A DNA stretch of 64,000 bases. Source: Klebsormidium nitens (lineage: Eukaryota > Plantae > Klebsormidiophyceae). The notes under the pieces are model-generated. The model made no database searches and was not told the origin of the DNA. It worked only from the letters and a program-made list of their open reading frames with translations. The stretch is taken from NCBI GenBank assembly GCA_000708835.1, contig DF237057.1, positions 129,647 to 193,646 of the forward strand, in the 5' to 3' direction. The stretch's first letter is position 1. Every line of letters begins with the position of its first letter. Positions 1 through 11,769 of the stretch are shown piece after piece. Made by a program: the position numbers and the translations under genes.

Positions 1-627
1 GCACTGCCACACCTCCTCGTCCTGAAGGACTTAAACACTGCCAATCAGCTAAACCTGTATTTGGCGCACTCTGGGACACCGCACTCCTGCTCCTGCTGTG
101 TTTGTTTGAACGCCGTGCGGCTCTTGCACCCGAACCCCCGCCACAGAACCCGTTCACAGCTACCAACCGTCCTCCCAAAGTGGATTCCCCTTGTGAAAAG
201 AAGTGCTTGGAACCAGGAAGAAGACAGGGAGGGGGGGTAAGTGCAAAATGACCTCCGCCAATCAAAGAGTCTGCGTGATGTCTAACTGAAGCAATGGGGC
301 ATGTCCTGTTTCTCGTGCTCTTTAGCCTGCAGAGCAGGGGGCTCGCATGGGCCATCAACGTTTCTCCGCAAAGGTGGAATCCGCCCTTCTTCAAGAGAGG
401 CGTCTTTCATTTGGACCTCAGCCTTTCGCTGTGCACATGGCAGAAGCAAAGCAGGACTTCGTGTTACTGTACTACGTGAGCCGGTCAAAAGCTTTTTAGT
501 CTACTTGACCGTAGCCTAATGGGCCTTTACCGGATTTCACGGGCAAAAAGCTGCAGAGGTTTGAAGATATTCTCGCTTAGGGTGCTTCGCTTCCATCTCC
601 AGGGACAGCTGCTGTGTAGGTACAGAT

Positions 628-897
628 GGTCAAACCTGTGACCGTCACAGGTTTGACCGTCACAACTTGACCGTTGGACCGTCCTGAGTGTATTGCTGGT
701 TCTGTCAAACCTGGCCGCCTGACCCGAGAACCGATTGGGACCGATCGCAGAACTTGCCGATGCGCAGAACAAGTACCCTTGGATGACGCAGAAGGACTCC
801 ATCTAACGGCCCAAGTTCGGCCCCTATGCCCGTGAATAAGTTTTACAATCAGCTCTGACCGGACACACCGGCCAGGTTTTGCAGAACTTGGGCCGTT
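628..897. repeat. Palindrome/inverted-repeat cluster, possible transposon end
   Basis: ggtcaaacctgtgac-c-gtcacaggtttgacc at 628-658 (15-bp arms). aacggcccaagttc (805-818) pairs with gaacttgggccgtt (884-897). cagaac(tt) motifs recur. Confidence 0.6.
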
Positions 898-2649
898 CGA
901 TGAAGGGCATTTAGGTCATCGAAGGGTCTCAAGGTCTGCGTATCGATTCGTCGACGAAGTCAGAACTTAGAACTAACGGTCTGCGAAAGTTGTCGAAAGT
1001 ATATTGTGCGGTCGACATTCGCGGACTGTCAGATCTCACTGACGGGCCATACCGTCATACCACCGGCAATATGCGCGCTAGCATTGAAGTTAGACTGATT
1101 CATATAATGTACATGAGAGTACGCGAGCAGTCTCCGATGTGCGGTGCGCTCCGTGTGGAGCAATCGAGCGGTCTAGCTTGTTGTGAGTCGCCATCATTTT
1201 AAGGAAAACGCCAGGCGTCAACAAGGATATCCCCTTTTATTCGATATTGCCGCTGAATATACAGCTACCTTATACACCTGTACTTTAATCGCGGAGGCAG
1301 GTGGGTAGCCGAATCTGGGTTTGCCTGAGAGATCCGTAAATCGCATAGCGGAACCGTCCGATTGAAATTATCAATCTTAGAACCGCTCGATCGGGCTGTC
1401 AATATCGGGGAAGAAGGAGGCTAATAAACCTAAACAGACCGTGAGTCTATTGCAGATCAGACACAAAGCTGGACAAAGGCCATTTGAGCTGGTTGCCATG
1501 GCTTCCGCCATGGCACCTTAGGCTGAAGGCACCCTGAATGCAGCTCTATGCATCAATTCATTGCAAAATCCTTGTCCTATTCGCATGTGTTAGCTGATAC
1601 AGGACAAGAAAGGTGCTTTTTGACTGTGGGACAGCCTGCAATTGGCTTGCTGCAAGGGCAGAATAAGGTGCTTTCGCGCTTCCGAAAACCATACGATACA
1701 CTTTGGAGCTCTGGCACCCGGGGTAGCAACTCCCAATTTTAAAACATGGTATCTGCGGTTCTCTGCTATTGCGAGATTCTATGCAGTGCAATATTCACAA
1801 TATGCACTGCATGAGATGAGAATGAAGTGAAGTGCACGAGTGTAGGCGAGTGGCTCGTGCAAGGGCTTCACAGAACGTCCCCGTTGGGGGTAGCGCTCGA
1901 TCAACCTGAGCCGACAATCATGCTCTCAATAGAGGCGGTGCCGGCACATTGGGCCAAAGTGTTCATCTCGAGATCCTACTATATCTGTAGAAAGCTATTC
2001 GCCGCCTGGCTTTCTATACTTTGGATCTGACCCGTTTTGTCGAATTCAATTAATGAGCGCTCAGTACCCATTAACGCGACAACCGAACTTGAGTTACTAC
2101 AACTCTCAACTACGTATCCTCACAATTACACCAACTTCGATGAACCCTCCAAAAATCCCCGCTATGACCATTGAACTACGCACAAGAGAATGGCTACTGA
2201 TGCTATGTGACTGGCAGCCGACGACAGCTCGAACATTTTGAAGAGCCGTGCATGGTTGCTGGTGTTGGGAGCCAGAGTCGCGGCATCCTGCCCGCAACCT
2301 CCACTTGCAGTCCACCAGGCACTCGACGGAATGGACCATCAGCAACTACACAGAACGATACTAAGAAGAAAGGGGGGCATGCTGTTGGGTGGTAAGAGGA
2401 AAAAGGCGCAGAACTTCATAACAGCTGCAACCTGCAGGTACCGTTTCAACACAAAGGGGGGGGAAGCGTCCGAAGGCCGCGGGCGGGCACTTGCAGAAGC
2501 AGGGAGGCGCCGTCCTCCCTGCGCTGTGAAGTTTTCTTGCAGAGCGACAGATTGAAAGATCTCGCGCGGACTTGCAGCTTTTCAAGCTGCAAAAGCGGGT
2601 TAGCAATCTCGTCAGCAGAGAACCGTAATTTTGACTAACTACGAACGTC

Positions 2650-3185
2650 GAGAATTCGCAAATTAAAACAAGAGGTTTGGTCGTTTTGGAAATTTAAAAC
2701 GCCATTTTAAAACGTTTTAAAACGTTTTTAAAACGGTGGAAAAGATACGCTTTGTATGCTTTTTCTTGTTTTTATTACGGCTATCGACTTGTTATGTGCT
2801 CGTATGCAGCATAGAAGCATAATTTTGAACAATATAAAGCCTAAAGAGGCCGAAAAGAGCTCGAGGTACTGACTTTTCATGTTTTAATACAGATTTTGGG
2901 CGTTTTAAAACGTTCTGATGTTTTGTTTGTTTTATAAAACGGGCTATTTTGAGGTCCGCCTAACCCGCAGATACATGTATTAAGATTTTGGCGTTTTAAA
3001 GTGTTTTAAAACCGTTTTACTTTTTGTGGGGGGGCCCAAATTTCAAAACGAGTAGTGATTTAGAAACTAGAGAGAAAGGGATACTTGAGGGTATTGAATA
3101 AAACATTGGATGAATTTTTTGGGCCGTTTTGCAAGAAAGGCAAAATAAAAACGCCATCTATTTTAAAACTGGAGTTGCCACCCCG
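2650..3185. repeat. AT-rich island with repeated TTTTAAAACG / AAAACGCCA motifs, possible non-autonomous DNA transposon remnant
   Basis: Sharp AT enrichment relative to the flanks. Palindromic ttttaaaacgttttaaaa near 2706. aaaacgcc/ggcgtttt occurs in both orientations. The right end ggagttgccaccccg resembles the termini of the element at 18277-18474. Confidence 0.45.
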
Positions 3186-4133
3186 AGCCCTGGCACAAGG
3201 GGTAGATGACCATCTCTGAAGCTGAAAGAAGCATCCACAGCTTGCATTTTGAATACACTACATGTACAGAAGCTTCATCTTTATGTTCTTATGTATCTTC
3301 AAGAGCATGAGGTGCGCCGCTGCTGACAGCAGCCTTGGTCCAACGAGGAAGCTCGTTGAGGCTGGGCAGCCATGGTTCGGATTGCGTCAGCATGACAGCT
3401 CTAAATTGGACCAAACATGTTCTGAACCGTCCGATGACCGGACCGCGGCTTCGGAGACCCAGAATTAACGGAGCCAATGCGCCATCAGTATGGCCGAAAT
3501 CGAGATTCGGCTACCCGCCTGAGGGCATTGGCCGCCAGGCCAATGACCCACGCCTCTCACAAAGGTCACCGGCTTATGGCATCCTGGGCGTTCCAATTTC
3601 CGCCACCCTTAATTTCGTTGAACTACGGGTACCATGGCAGACGGGCAGTACGTACCGGTGGTTGGAACTTGAAAGTCTGTGAAGCAGAGCTAGGGCTAGG
3701 ACTCAGTAGGCTAGGGAATGGGGTTCCGAAGAGAAGGCGGAGAGGATCTCGACGACGATATAAAAGAAGCATACATACATAAAGCCTGAGGGGGATAATC
3801 GCAGTGCTGGCCTTCCTCAAACCAAGGCTACTGCGGACTCGCACGTGCTTCATGCATCGAGATGAGGACCGAACCTGTGCGCTGCCCAGTTGCAATACTA
3901 GCCGTACTGTTCCAGCCAACTTTGCAATCAGCGAGCTAGACCTCCTTCAGCCCCTTTTAAAGCCAAGCCACACTTTAGAATGCTACCTGGCCCACCAGCC
4001 GTCGCTTCTGTATCTTTCTTCCATCTTTTGAAAAGAAGAATCGTAGAGGAGCTGGGAAACTATCTTCTCCTGAACAGGAGAAAAGAGTGACCTCTGCCTG
4101 GTTGTTTCTCGTTTCCTTGCCCTCGACAGCGCG

Positions 4134-7100
4134 ATGGCAGTGCACAGCGTTCTGCTCCGCCGGAGCCTCTCTCGTGTCCTGGGTACCACCACCTTCAGCT
4201 GGCACTCCCCTCCCTCCTCTAGTTACAAGGCTGTTCCTGGGGTTGAATGTAGAGGTTCAAGCCTGAGCGATCGATGGGGTTTCTGGGGGGCAAGCTACTT
4301 GGGCTTGAGGCGGGGCTTCTTCGTGAGAGAGAAACACGGCCGGCAATCGTCGCTGAATGAGGACGAGATTGCCGAGCGAGTCCGGCTGGCCGTACGGGCG
4401 GCAGGGTCTAGGAAGACAGGTGGGGCGGCCTCCATCGTTTTTTGGAATCTGCACCACCCTTTTGTTGTGAATGGTGGTAGAATGTGTTTGAAAGACGTTC
4501 GCATCTTGGCAACTCCTTTGATGTCTTAGTGGGGGTTTGTCTATCTGGTTCAAGTGACGGCTCATACTCTCCGACTCTTGTTTCGGAAGATGGCAAGTCT
4601 GCCCTTGGGATTGTGTCGTCAAAGTCTGAACCGAAAGGCCGTGCTTATATGTTTGTTCTGTGAATTGGCTGGCATGTTCCCCCTTGACCGAAATAGATGT
4701 ATTTGAGCCCAGCCTGAACAGTTTCTGTGGTCGGTGGACTTTTTGAAGTGCAATAGGTTTCATTAACTCCGATTTGAGATCCCACAATGTGCAGGGTCCT
4801 TTAAAGGGACAGTCGAGGAGTCGCAAACCAACATTCAAAGACTCGCAACTCAGGTACTGTTTCGCTCAGTTCACATTAAGGGTGTCAGAGCATCAAGTCC
4901 CGGTCAACTGAAGTATATGAGGGTCGAAGCCTCTTGTAGTTTACCACAGTCCGGGCTTATTAGCCCCCCTTCCAACTTGACTCTCTCCTTTGTCAAGGTG
5001 GCGGCCGTCCCAAAGTCCGGAGAAAACGGAGCGTTCAGTGGGCGCCTCCCGCTGGAACCGCGGGCTCTGAAGACCTCATCGAATCCGAAGTTGTGTTGAG
5101 AGAAGACCAGGCATTAGGTCAGGTAGTCACTTCTCAGGCCAACTTCATGCGCGTCCTGGTGGAGAAGAGCGAAGCGACAGCTGGCGACGAAGCGGCGACA
5201 GCTGGAGGGGAAAAGGCGACAGTCAGTGGCGAGATAGCGACAGCTGGCCAGGCTTCGGCGCCAGCTGGCAGCCCCAGGAACGGCTCCGAGCTGCTGTGCG
5301 TGGTCCGGGCCCTACTGAAGAAGATCCGGAAACGAGTCCTAGTGGGGGACAGGGTGCTAGTCAGTGCAATAGACTGGGTGGAGGGGAGGGGAATGATCGA
5401 GGAGATTGTGGAGAGGAAAAGTCAAATGGAGGATCCCCCAATCGCGAATGTGGACCATTTCCTGGTCCTTTTTGCGCTGGCGCGACCGCCGCTTGAACCG
5501 ATCCAACTTAGCAGGTTCCTCGTAGCGGCAGAGCATGCGGGAATCCCGTTCACACTGGCACTCAATAAGGTGAGGATGCTCTATTGTTATTACAATCTGT
5601 CCGTAAAGTTTGTTCCCTGCTTTGGTATGTACTCTTCTTGGCGGCGCTTTACGATGTGGCTCCAAGTGGCCTGGTGGAAGATAACATATCCAGGTCTCCT
5701 TAAGTTACATAGTTCGTCAAAGAGCCTGTTACTGCAGTTTCTCGCCGACCTACACAGGCAGGCGGAATACCCTGCCACCCTTCGAACCCGTGATCATCAA
5801 TATCACCCTTCTAAAGCTCTTCCGTAGGAGGCACTCAGGACCATCATGAGAAAGAGCTTGTAAGAATTACATTTTGTACTGCTTGTTTTCAGGCCGATTT
5901 GGCACCCCCAGGTGCAGCGCAAGCCTGGAAGGAGCGCCTCGCGGGGTGGGGTTACAACGCTCACATTCTGAGCGTCGAGGGGGGCGAGGGTCTGGAGGGC
6001 GTCTTCCGGGAACTGAGCGGAAAGACGACCGTCGTGGCCGGTCCAAGCGGGGCCGGGAAGTCGAGTTTGATTAACCGGCTCAGGAAAGATTCGGTACGGC
6101 TCGCTGGAGCACATGCTGACGACGACGGTGTCGTCAGCAATGTGGGTGGTGAAAACCGGGACGGGGGTGACGTCCGTGGCGTGGTGACGGTCGCAGAGAG
6201 AGGGGACGGGGCGACGGTGTCAAAATCTGCTGGGGCGAGCGAGGGGGACGGGATCGACACTGCCGGGGAGAGTTTGGCGGTCAGTGCGGTGTCTGCGAAG
6301 AGTGGGCTCGGGAGGCATACGACCCGGAGCATCGTGCTAATAAGGTGAGAAATTTCGGTTATCTGGGTGCAAGGACAGCTGTCCATCTGATCTGCGTCAA
6401 GGGAAGAAGGTCGACGTCAGAATGAGCAGCGGCAGACAATGAAGTGGCTACCTCTGCCTGCCTGACGTCGTCCATTAATGTGGCCTCGTGTCAGAGAATC
6501 AGTCCGCTGTTTGGAAATGGGCGGATCTCTGGATTGTTTCGACTCTGACTTGCCAAAAAGCAATCGCTCGGTCTGCAAGCACCAGATTTGTTTCTCTGTA
6601 AGTTCGCCCCATATGCACAATCCTGAGCGAAGCCTGTGTACGACAAAGTCGTATCGTCTCGGCCCTTCTGACCCCAGCTGCCTATGTTGCTGGCCTCTTT
6701 TCGTGGTTTCATCGCAGTATGATATTGTATCTCCTTTTCAGCGTGTTAAGATGTCTTGGAGGCTTTCACGATCCTCCACGTGTGCCTTAGAGGGCCGTCG
6801 AATAAATCATGTTCCAAGCCGTCTGTGGGTCATTTGTTTTAGAGCTCACGGACGATCCTTGGGCGTTGGCGATGAAAGAAAAAGCCAGCGGTTCGAGATC
6901 GTTCCCATCACCTGGAATCTTTCCTGGTTTCTCAACGTCGCCGTTGTTCCTTAGCACCTTCTTTTCAAGAAGCAGGTTGTTGAGCACCCTCTTTCGAATA
7001 CACTTCTTGGGTAATTGTGCACGTCCAAGTCATGTTACGGTCTTCGTTTCTCTGGACACGTCTTCGAACAGTCCCAACATCAATTGCGTACCCACCGACC

Positions 7101-8409
7101 GCCAAACATATTCTGCTCAAAGCACAATGGATTATTTCCGAAATCGGAAATAATCCATCTAGATCTTAAACAACCTCAGAACTTGAGTCAAATTGTGTCG
7201 CAATTTGCTCAGCCTAATCTTGTAGCAAATTGCCCATCTTGATCTTGTTGCAGATTGCCCCTGGGGGGTCTACTGGCCGACACCCCCGGTTTCAGCCTGC
7301 CCGCCCTTAGTAAAATTACCGAGCAAGAGCTCCCCGTCTGCTTCCCGGAGATCCGCCAACGCCTCGCGGCCGCCCACGCGGCCGGCCGCCACTGCGCCTA
7401 CAAAGACTGCAAACACCTCGCCGAGCCCGACTGCGTCGTGTCCGGCCGCCGGAAACGGTCGGACGCGGATGGTAACGGTTCGGTAATGGTGGTCGAGGGG
7501 CCCGACGGGAGCCTGGAAGAGCGCGAGGTGTTCGAGTATCAGGAGGGGTTCGCGCCGTGGGAACGGTACGAGGAGTATAAGCGGTTGATGGCGGAGGTCA
7601 AGGAACGGGAGGATAAGGAGCGGTGGGCGTACGGAACGAAACGGGAGAGCGCGGTACGGGTGCGGAAGACGGACGGGGCGACTGGGAAGCCGAAAGTGGA
7701 GCCGCGGTTGGCGCCCCAGAAGCATCGGCGTGAGTCGCGGAAGCTAGCGAAACAGGGGTTAGAGACTTTGTTAGACGAAGAGTCCGAAGACGAGGAGGAA
7801 TCGGAGGGTTTGGTGGCCGGTTCAGACGAGGGTTTGGAGGAAGGTTTGGAAAAGGATGTGAAGGAAGAAACGGAAGCTGAGACCGGGGGCTTGGAACCGG
7901 TCAGTTCTGCGGGCGAGAATGGGGGGTCGATTGGTCGGGGTGGGGAAGCGGGGAACTCGCGAAGGGTGCAGACCGATGGGCGGGGTTCCGGGTTTCCGGG
8001 GGAAAGCAGTTCACTGTATTCGGAAGGGGAAGAGCCTGCCGACTTAGCAGAAGCGGGGGGGACGAGTGGCTCCAGGGGAACGGAACCGGAAGCAGGAATC
8101 GACGCGGAATCCGGGGCGCTCGTTGGCGCCGGCGAGTCTTCAGAGTCTTTGGGTCGGTTAGACGAAGATGACGATGGACGGTCAGATGAGAAGGAAGACG
8201 AAGATTTTAAGGATTGGTTGAAGACGCGGGAGTTTGAGTACAAGTGGTGGGAAGATAAGGACGCCCACTTGCAAGGGGATTCCCGGCTTGCCTCCGTCAA
8301 ATCGACGAGGGACGTGCAACGGCATTGGCGGTTGAGAAAGGAGAAGGTGTTGGAGAACAGGGAGACTGTCTTTGGAAAGAAGGGCCCGACGCCGGCGGGT
8401 CGAGAATGA
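4134..8409 (+). CDS. rsgA: Ribosome small subunit-dependent GTPase A (RsgA/YjeQ family), probably plastid-targeted, multi-exon
   Basis: Core exons are ~4999-5569, 5893-6344 and 7254-8409, with canonical GT/AG and consistent phases. Circularly permuted GTPase motifs: G4 NK|AD across an intron, G1 GPSGAGKSS, G2 GRHTT, G3 DTPG, then the zinc knuckle CAYKDCKHLAEPDC. The ORF from ATG 4134 is Ser/Arg-rich and transit-peptide-like; the splicing of the 5' exons (4134-~5000) is not fully resolved. Confidence 0.9.
5174..5278 (+). repeat. Coding tandem repeat, 5 x 21 nt (7 aa: ATAGDEA/ATAGGEK/ATVSGEI/ATAGQAS/APAGSPR) inside RsgA
   Basis: Unit gcgacagctgg... recurs at 5174, 5195, 5216, 5237 and 5258. 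Confidence 0.85.
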
Positions 8410-10049
8410 TGTGAATGACACTTCGACTGAACTACGGTGTCATTAAACTCGTTGTCAAGGATTTTTCAGAAGTGTTGAATCTTCATACGTTTTATGTCCT
8501 GGTCTATAGATGTTCATTGTGCTTGTATGGCATTGGGACTGACCGGCCCTTAGATAATCGGGATGGCGCCTTCAAGGCTTGTAACTCAAAAACAAGTGGA
8601 TTATTGTAGACCTGCTTGTATTGAGCATGCATGGCCTGATCATGTACCTTGATGAGCGCAAGCGAGCGCTTGTATACGTATTTGTCAATCGTATAGCATC
8701 ATTAATTATGCATGGCGGCAGGTGCACTTGAATGCTCGAAGCTGCATCATCGTCCTGACAGCTCAGCCTAAAGGCTATTCTTTAATCTGCGCAGCCCGGC
8801 CGCCCGGAATGATTGCAGGCGGCAGACTATTCTCGCACAATGAAGCTATACGTACATGCAACTCATCTAGGCGGCCAACTTATAAGGTGACGGCAATGTT
8901 CGTGGAAAGCCAGAGGCCGCGGCACATGGTAATCGCGGGGCAGCCGAGCCGCGGGCTCAGATCCGCAGTGCTGGTACGTGCCGGCATATTGTAATCATTA
9001 AGAGCTTAAGTTATGCCGACCATTGAAAGGCCGCGTACGTTAGCTTGCGCCAGAGCCAGGCGGCCGCGCTAGCTAGCGGGTCACGCGGTACGCCGCTAGC
9101 TAGCCATGCGCGCAGGCTAGCGGCAGTCCGATCACGTGCCGGAGGTCGGATGCGCAACGCGGGCCGCTCGCGGGCGGCCCGTTCTTGCCCCCGACGGTTG
9201 AGTCTTGAGCAGTGTTTAACGCGCCGCGCACGCGCCAGGTACAAAGTGCGGCTGGCTTCGGGATTTGTGCGGCTGGCCGCAGGCCAGCCGCCCACCTTTG
9301 TGCGGCAGAATTCGGGACACAGCCGCACACTGTGTGCGCCTATGATGCAAGCCTGCACCCGGAATACCGGACTCTTATTGGCCAAAATGCATAAAAGACG
9401 GCCTTGAACCGGCTTCAAGCAACTTTTACCGGGCACTTCCGGCCTCGATTTATGGAATTCATCTGCGTCCGAGCATTGTGCCCGGGCCCCGGTAACCGTC
9501 AAGCTTAGCTTACCTTATATGAACGAGCGCCCCCAGATATCTACTTCCCTTCTCTATATATTCCAAATATATACAGCCGCATCGACGTGCCTTTGAAGAC
9601 AACTGCCAAATAAGTAGGCTTCCCTTACTGGGCAATAAGCCACTGCTTATACTGCTGACCCACATGCTTATGTACCGTCAGCATGCACATATGTACAGAA
9701 GGCCTTTGGAAACCCCAGAAGGCTATTACGTGCTCCTTATAAGTGCGCGCAACAAGCATCCTAGCTGGCGCATTTTTCTCGCAGGTTAGACAGGTAAAAA
9801 AATGGACCCGGCTGAAACCAAGCGCAGCGACCCTGGGCAGTGGGCTCAAGCTAGTTAGTGGCCACGTTCTCGCTCAACCCAGCAGAAAGTGTGCGGCACT
9901 TTTCGAGGGCAGCCGCACACTGGTGTGCGGCGCTCGCAGGCCCGTATGCCCACTTTTGTGCGCCACGGATTTAGGGGGTTGTTAAGGTGGGCGTCAGGGT
10001 ATAAGACCGTGTTCTCGCGGCCAATTTTGGCATCCGCACCTGCAGCTTT

Positions 10050-10118
10050 TGCAACTTGACCGAGTGGCAAGCGCGCTCGCCTTGAAATCAACAGGCCCGG
10101 GCTCGAATCCGGAAACTT
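10050..10118 (+). pseudogene. Degenerate tRNA-like sequence (tRNA-Ser(UGA)-like) or SINE head
   Basis: A-box-like tgaccgagtgg (10057-10067), anticodon-loop-like cttgaaatc, B-box-like ggctcgaatcc (10100-10110). No intact acceptor stem is visible. Confidence 0.4.
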
Positions 10119-11769
10119 TGACATTTTGCTCTCTTTTGCCCCATCCTTTTTGTGCCCATTAAACGCTGACGGAGGACGACGTCACTAGTAGAGAACCGCG
10201 GTACCCACTGGTACCATACCTCCGGACAGCCTCCGGTCCCTGCTCGGATGCCCAGCTTCGGTCGGTACCGCAGTGCGCTGGTCTTCGAAAGGTTCCGTAC
10301 CGTGTCAAACAAATCAAGCCCGTAGCCGTCCGATGATAGTTCTCGAGTCCCAATCTCACCGTCCGCCCGAGGTGTCCATGCATGGCCTACGCCCACTTTA
10401 ATCACTGGTCTTGAGAGGTTTCGAATTTGAGTTTCGAAGTTCGAGTACGGTACGGACCGGACACCTTCGTACCACTTTTGACCAATGCAGTTTGACTGTA
10501 TTTGCTCCGTCGATGCTTTCCCAGCTGCTACCAATGGACGGATTAAACTCGCACCATTTTCGCGCGCGTGGTTCACCAAACAGTAGTTGGACCAGGGATC
10601 AACCAGCTAGGCTATCCACTTGACACCTGCCAGACTCTCAAGATACTGTATGTACAGTTCCCTTCGCTTTTCTATGGACTGCATGTATGCACTCGGGAGT
10701 CGAGATGATCCGTACATTCATACATTGTGACTGCGTTTTACTGAGCAAAAGGTAGCCGGCACACTGGTCTTGTGTGAACAGGAGCAGCCCTGGAGCAGCA
10801 ATGACGGATACCTACGACAACGCAGTAGATACAGAAAGGGTAACGAATCGTCACGTGGGACATATATCCTGTACTTGGAAGGTACTCACCGGAGGTACCA
10901 TTTCACAACGACAGCCCCTCTCTTGATGCAAGTATTTTCTGATGTCAAGAATGCGGCTGATCGACCATGTTCCTGGTTTGCGGGGGCAGTCGTCTTCAAG
11001 TTCACTCCTGCCACAAAGCGAAGACTACAGTCAGTTCGCATGTGACGCAATGGCCACATGAGCTCCCATGATCTCTGCGCTCAGGTCCGGTGTTCTAGGG
11101 CGGAGCTCGCGCTCCGGCGGCGCTTCAGTTGTCAGCAATGCGCGTGTTCGTTGTATGACTAAGTACTCCAGGAAAACTTGTCTGGCAGTTGCTGAGTTCT
11201 GTGAATCCAGAGTTGAAGAGCTGAAGTGAGAAGTGTGGCTTCCTTTACTTCAATGCATTGCTCTTTTGCCACCTGCTGGGGTTAGCTCGTAGTTGCAGCA
11301 TCACGTCTCTTTGAACGAATCAGAGATGATTGAATGAGATTTCAAAATGAGCTGCATTAGAGGGGGTGTCCGGTTAGGATCCAGACTGTTGACAGTGAGG
11401 TGGATGTGCTTCTTTTTGCAGAAGTCCCCACTCGCTACAGAAGTCGTCAGCTTTTGACCAGCAGGAGCTCGAAACCTTTCTTGTCCCAGCAACTGCAGCT
11501 AAGATAGCTTCTCTAAAGAAACCACTCAAGACTTTATTTCCACCACGTCCAATCCAGTCAAGATTTGAAGCAAGACAGGTCACTTTCTGCATCAATGAGC
11601 AGCAAAGACTTACAAACAGAGCATGTGAGACGTGCATTGCATACTGCAAGCAGCTCTCATCCAACCAAAGGGCCTTGAATCAGAAGATCCTGTGAGCGGC
11701 CGACAGTCAGTGAGCTGCAGTCAGTCAGTCAGCTGCAGATAACCGAGGGGCGGAAGGTACACTGAATGC

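Noticed and set aside
1-2606. Possible 5' part of a minus-strand gene leaving the window
   Set aside because: Candidate exons could not be joined into a coherent or recognisable protein.
7270-8421. Long antisense ORFs over RsgA (and similar ones over the CCCH, GST and 54.5-60 kb genes)
   Set aside because: These are shadow ORFs expected from GC-rich, low-complexity coding sequence.
9011-9502. Arg/Ala-rich ORFs in the 9.0-9.5 kb region
   Set aside because: They derive from GC-rich repeated motifs, with no domain and no splice structure.
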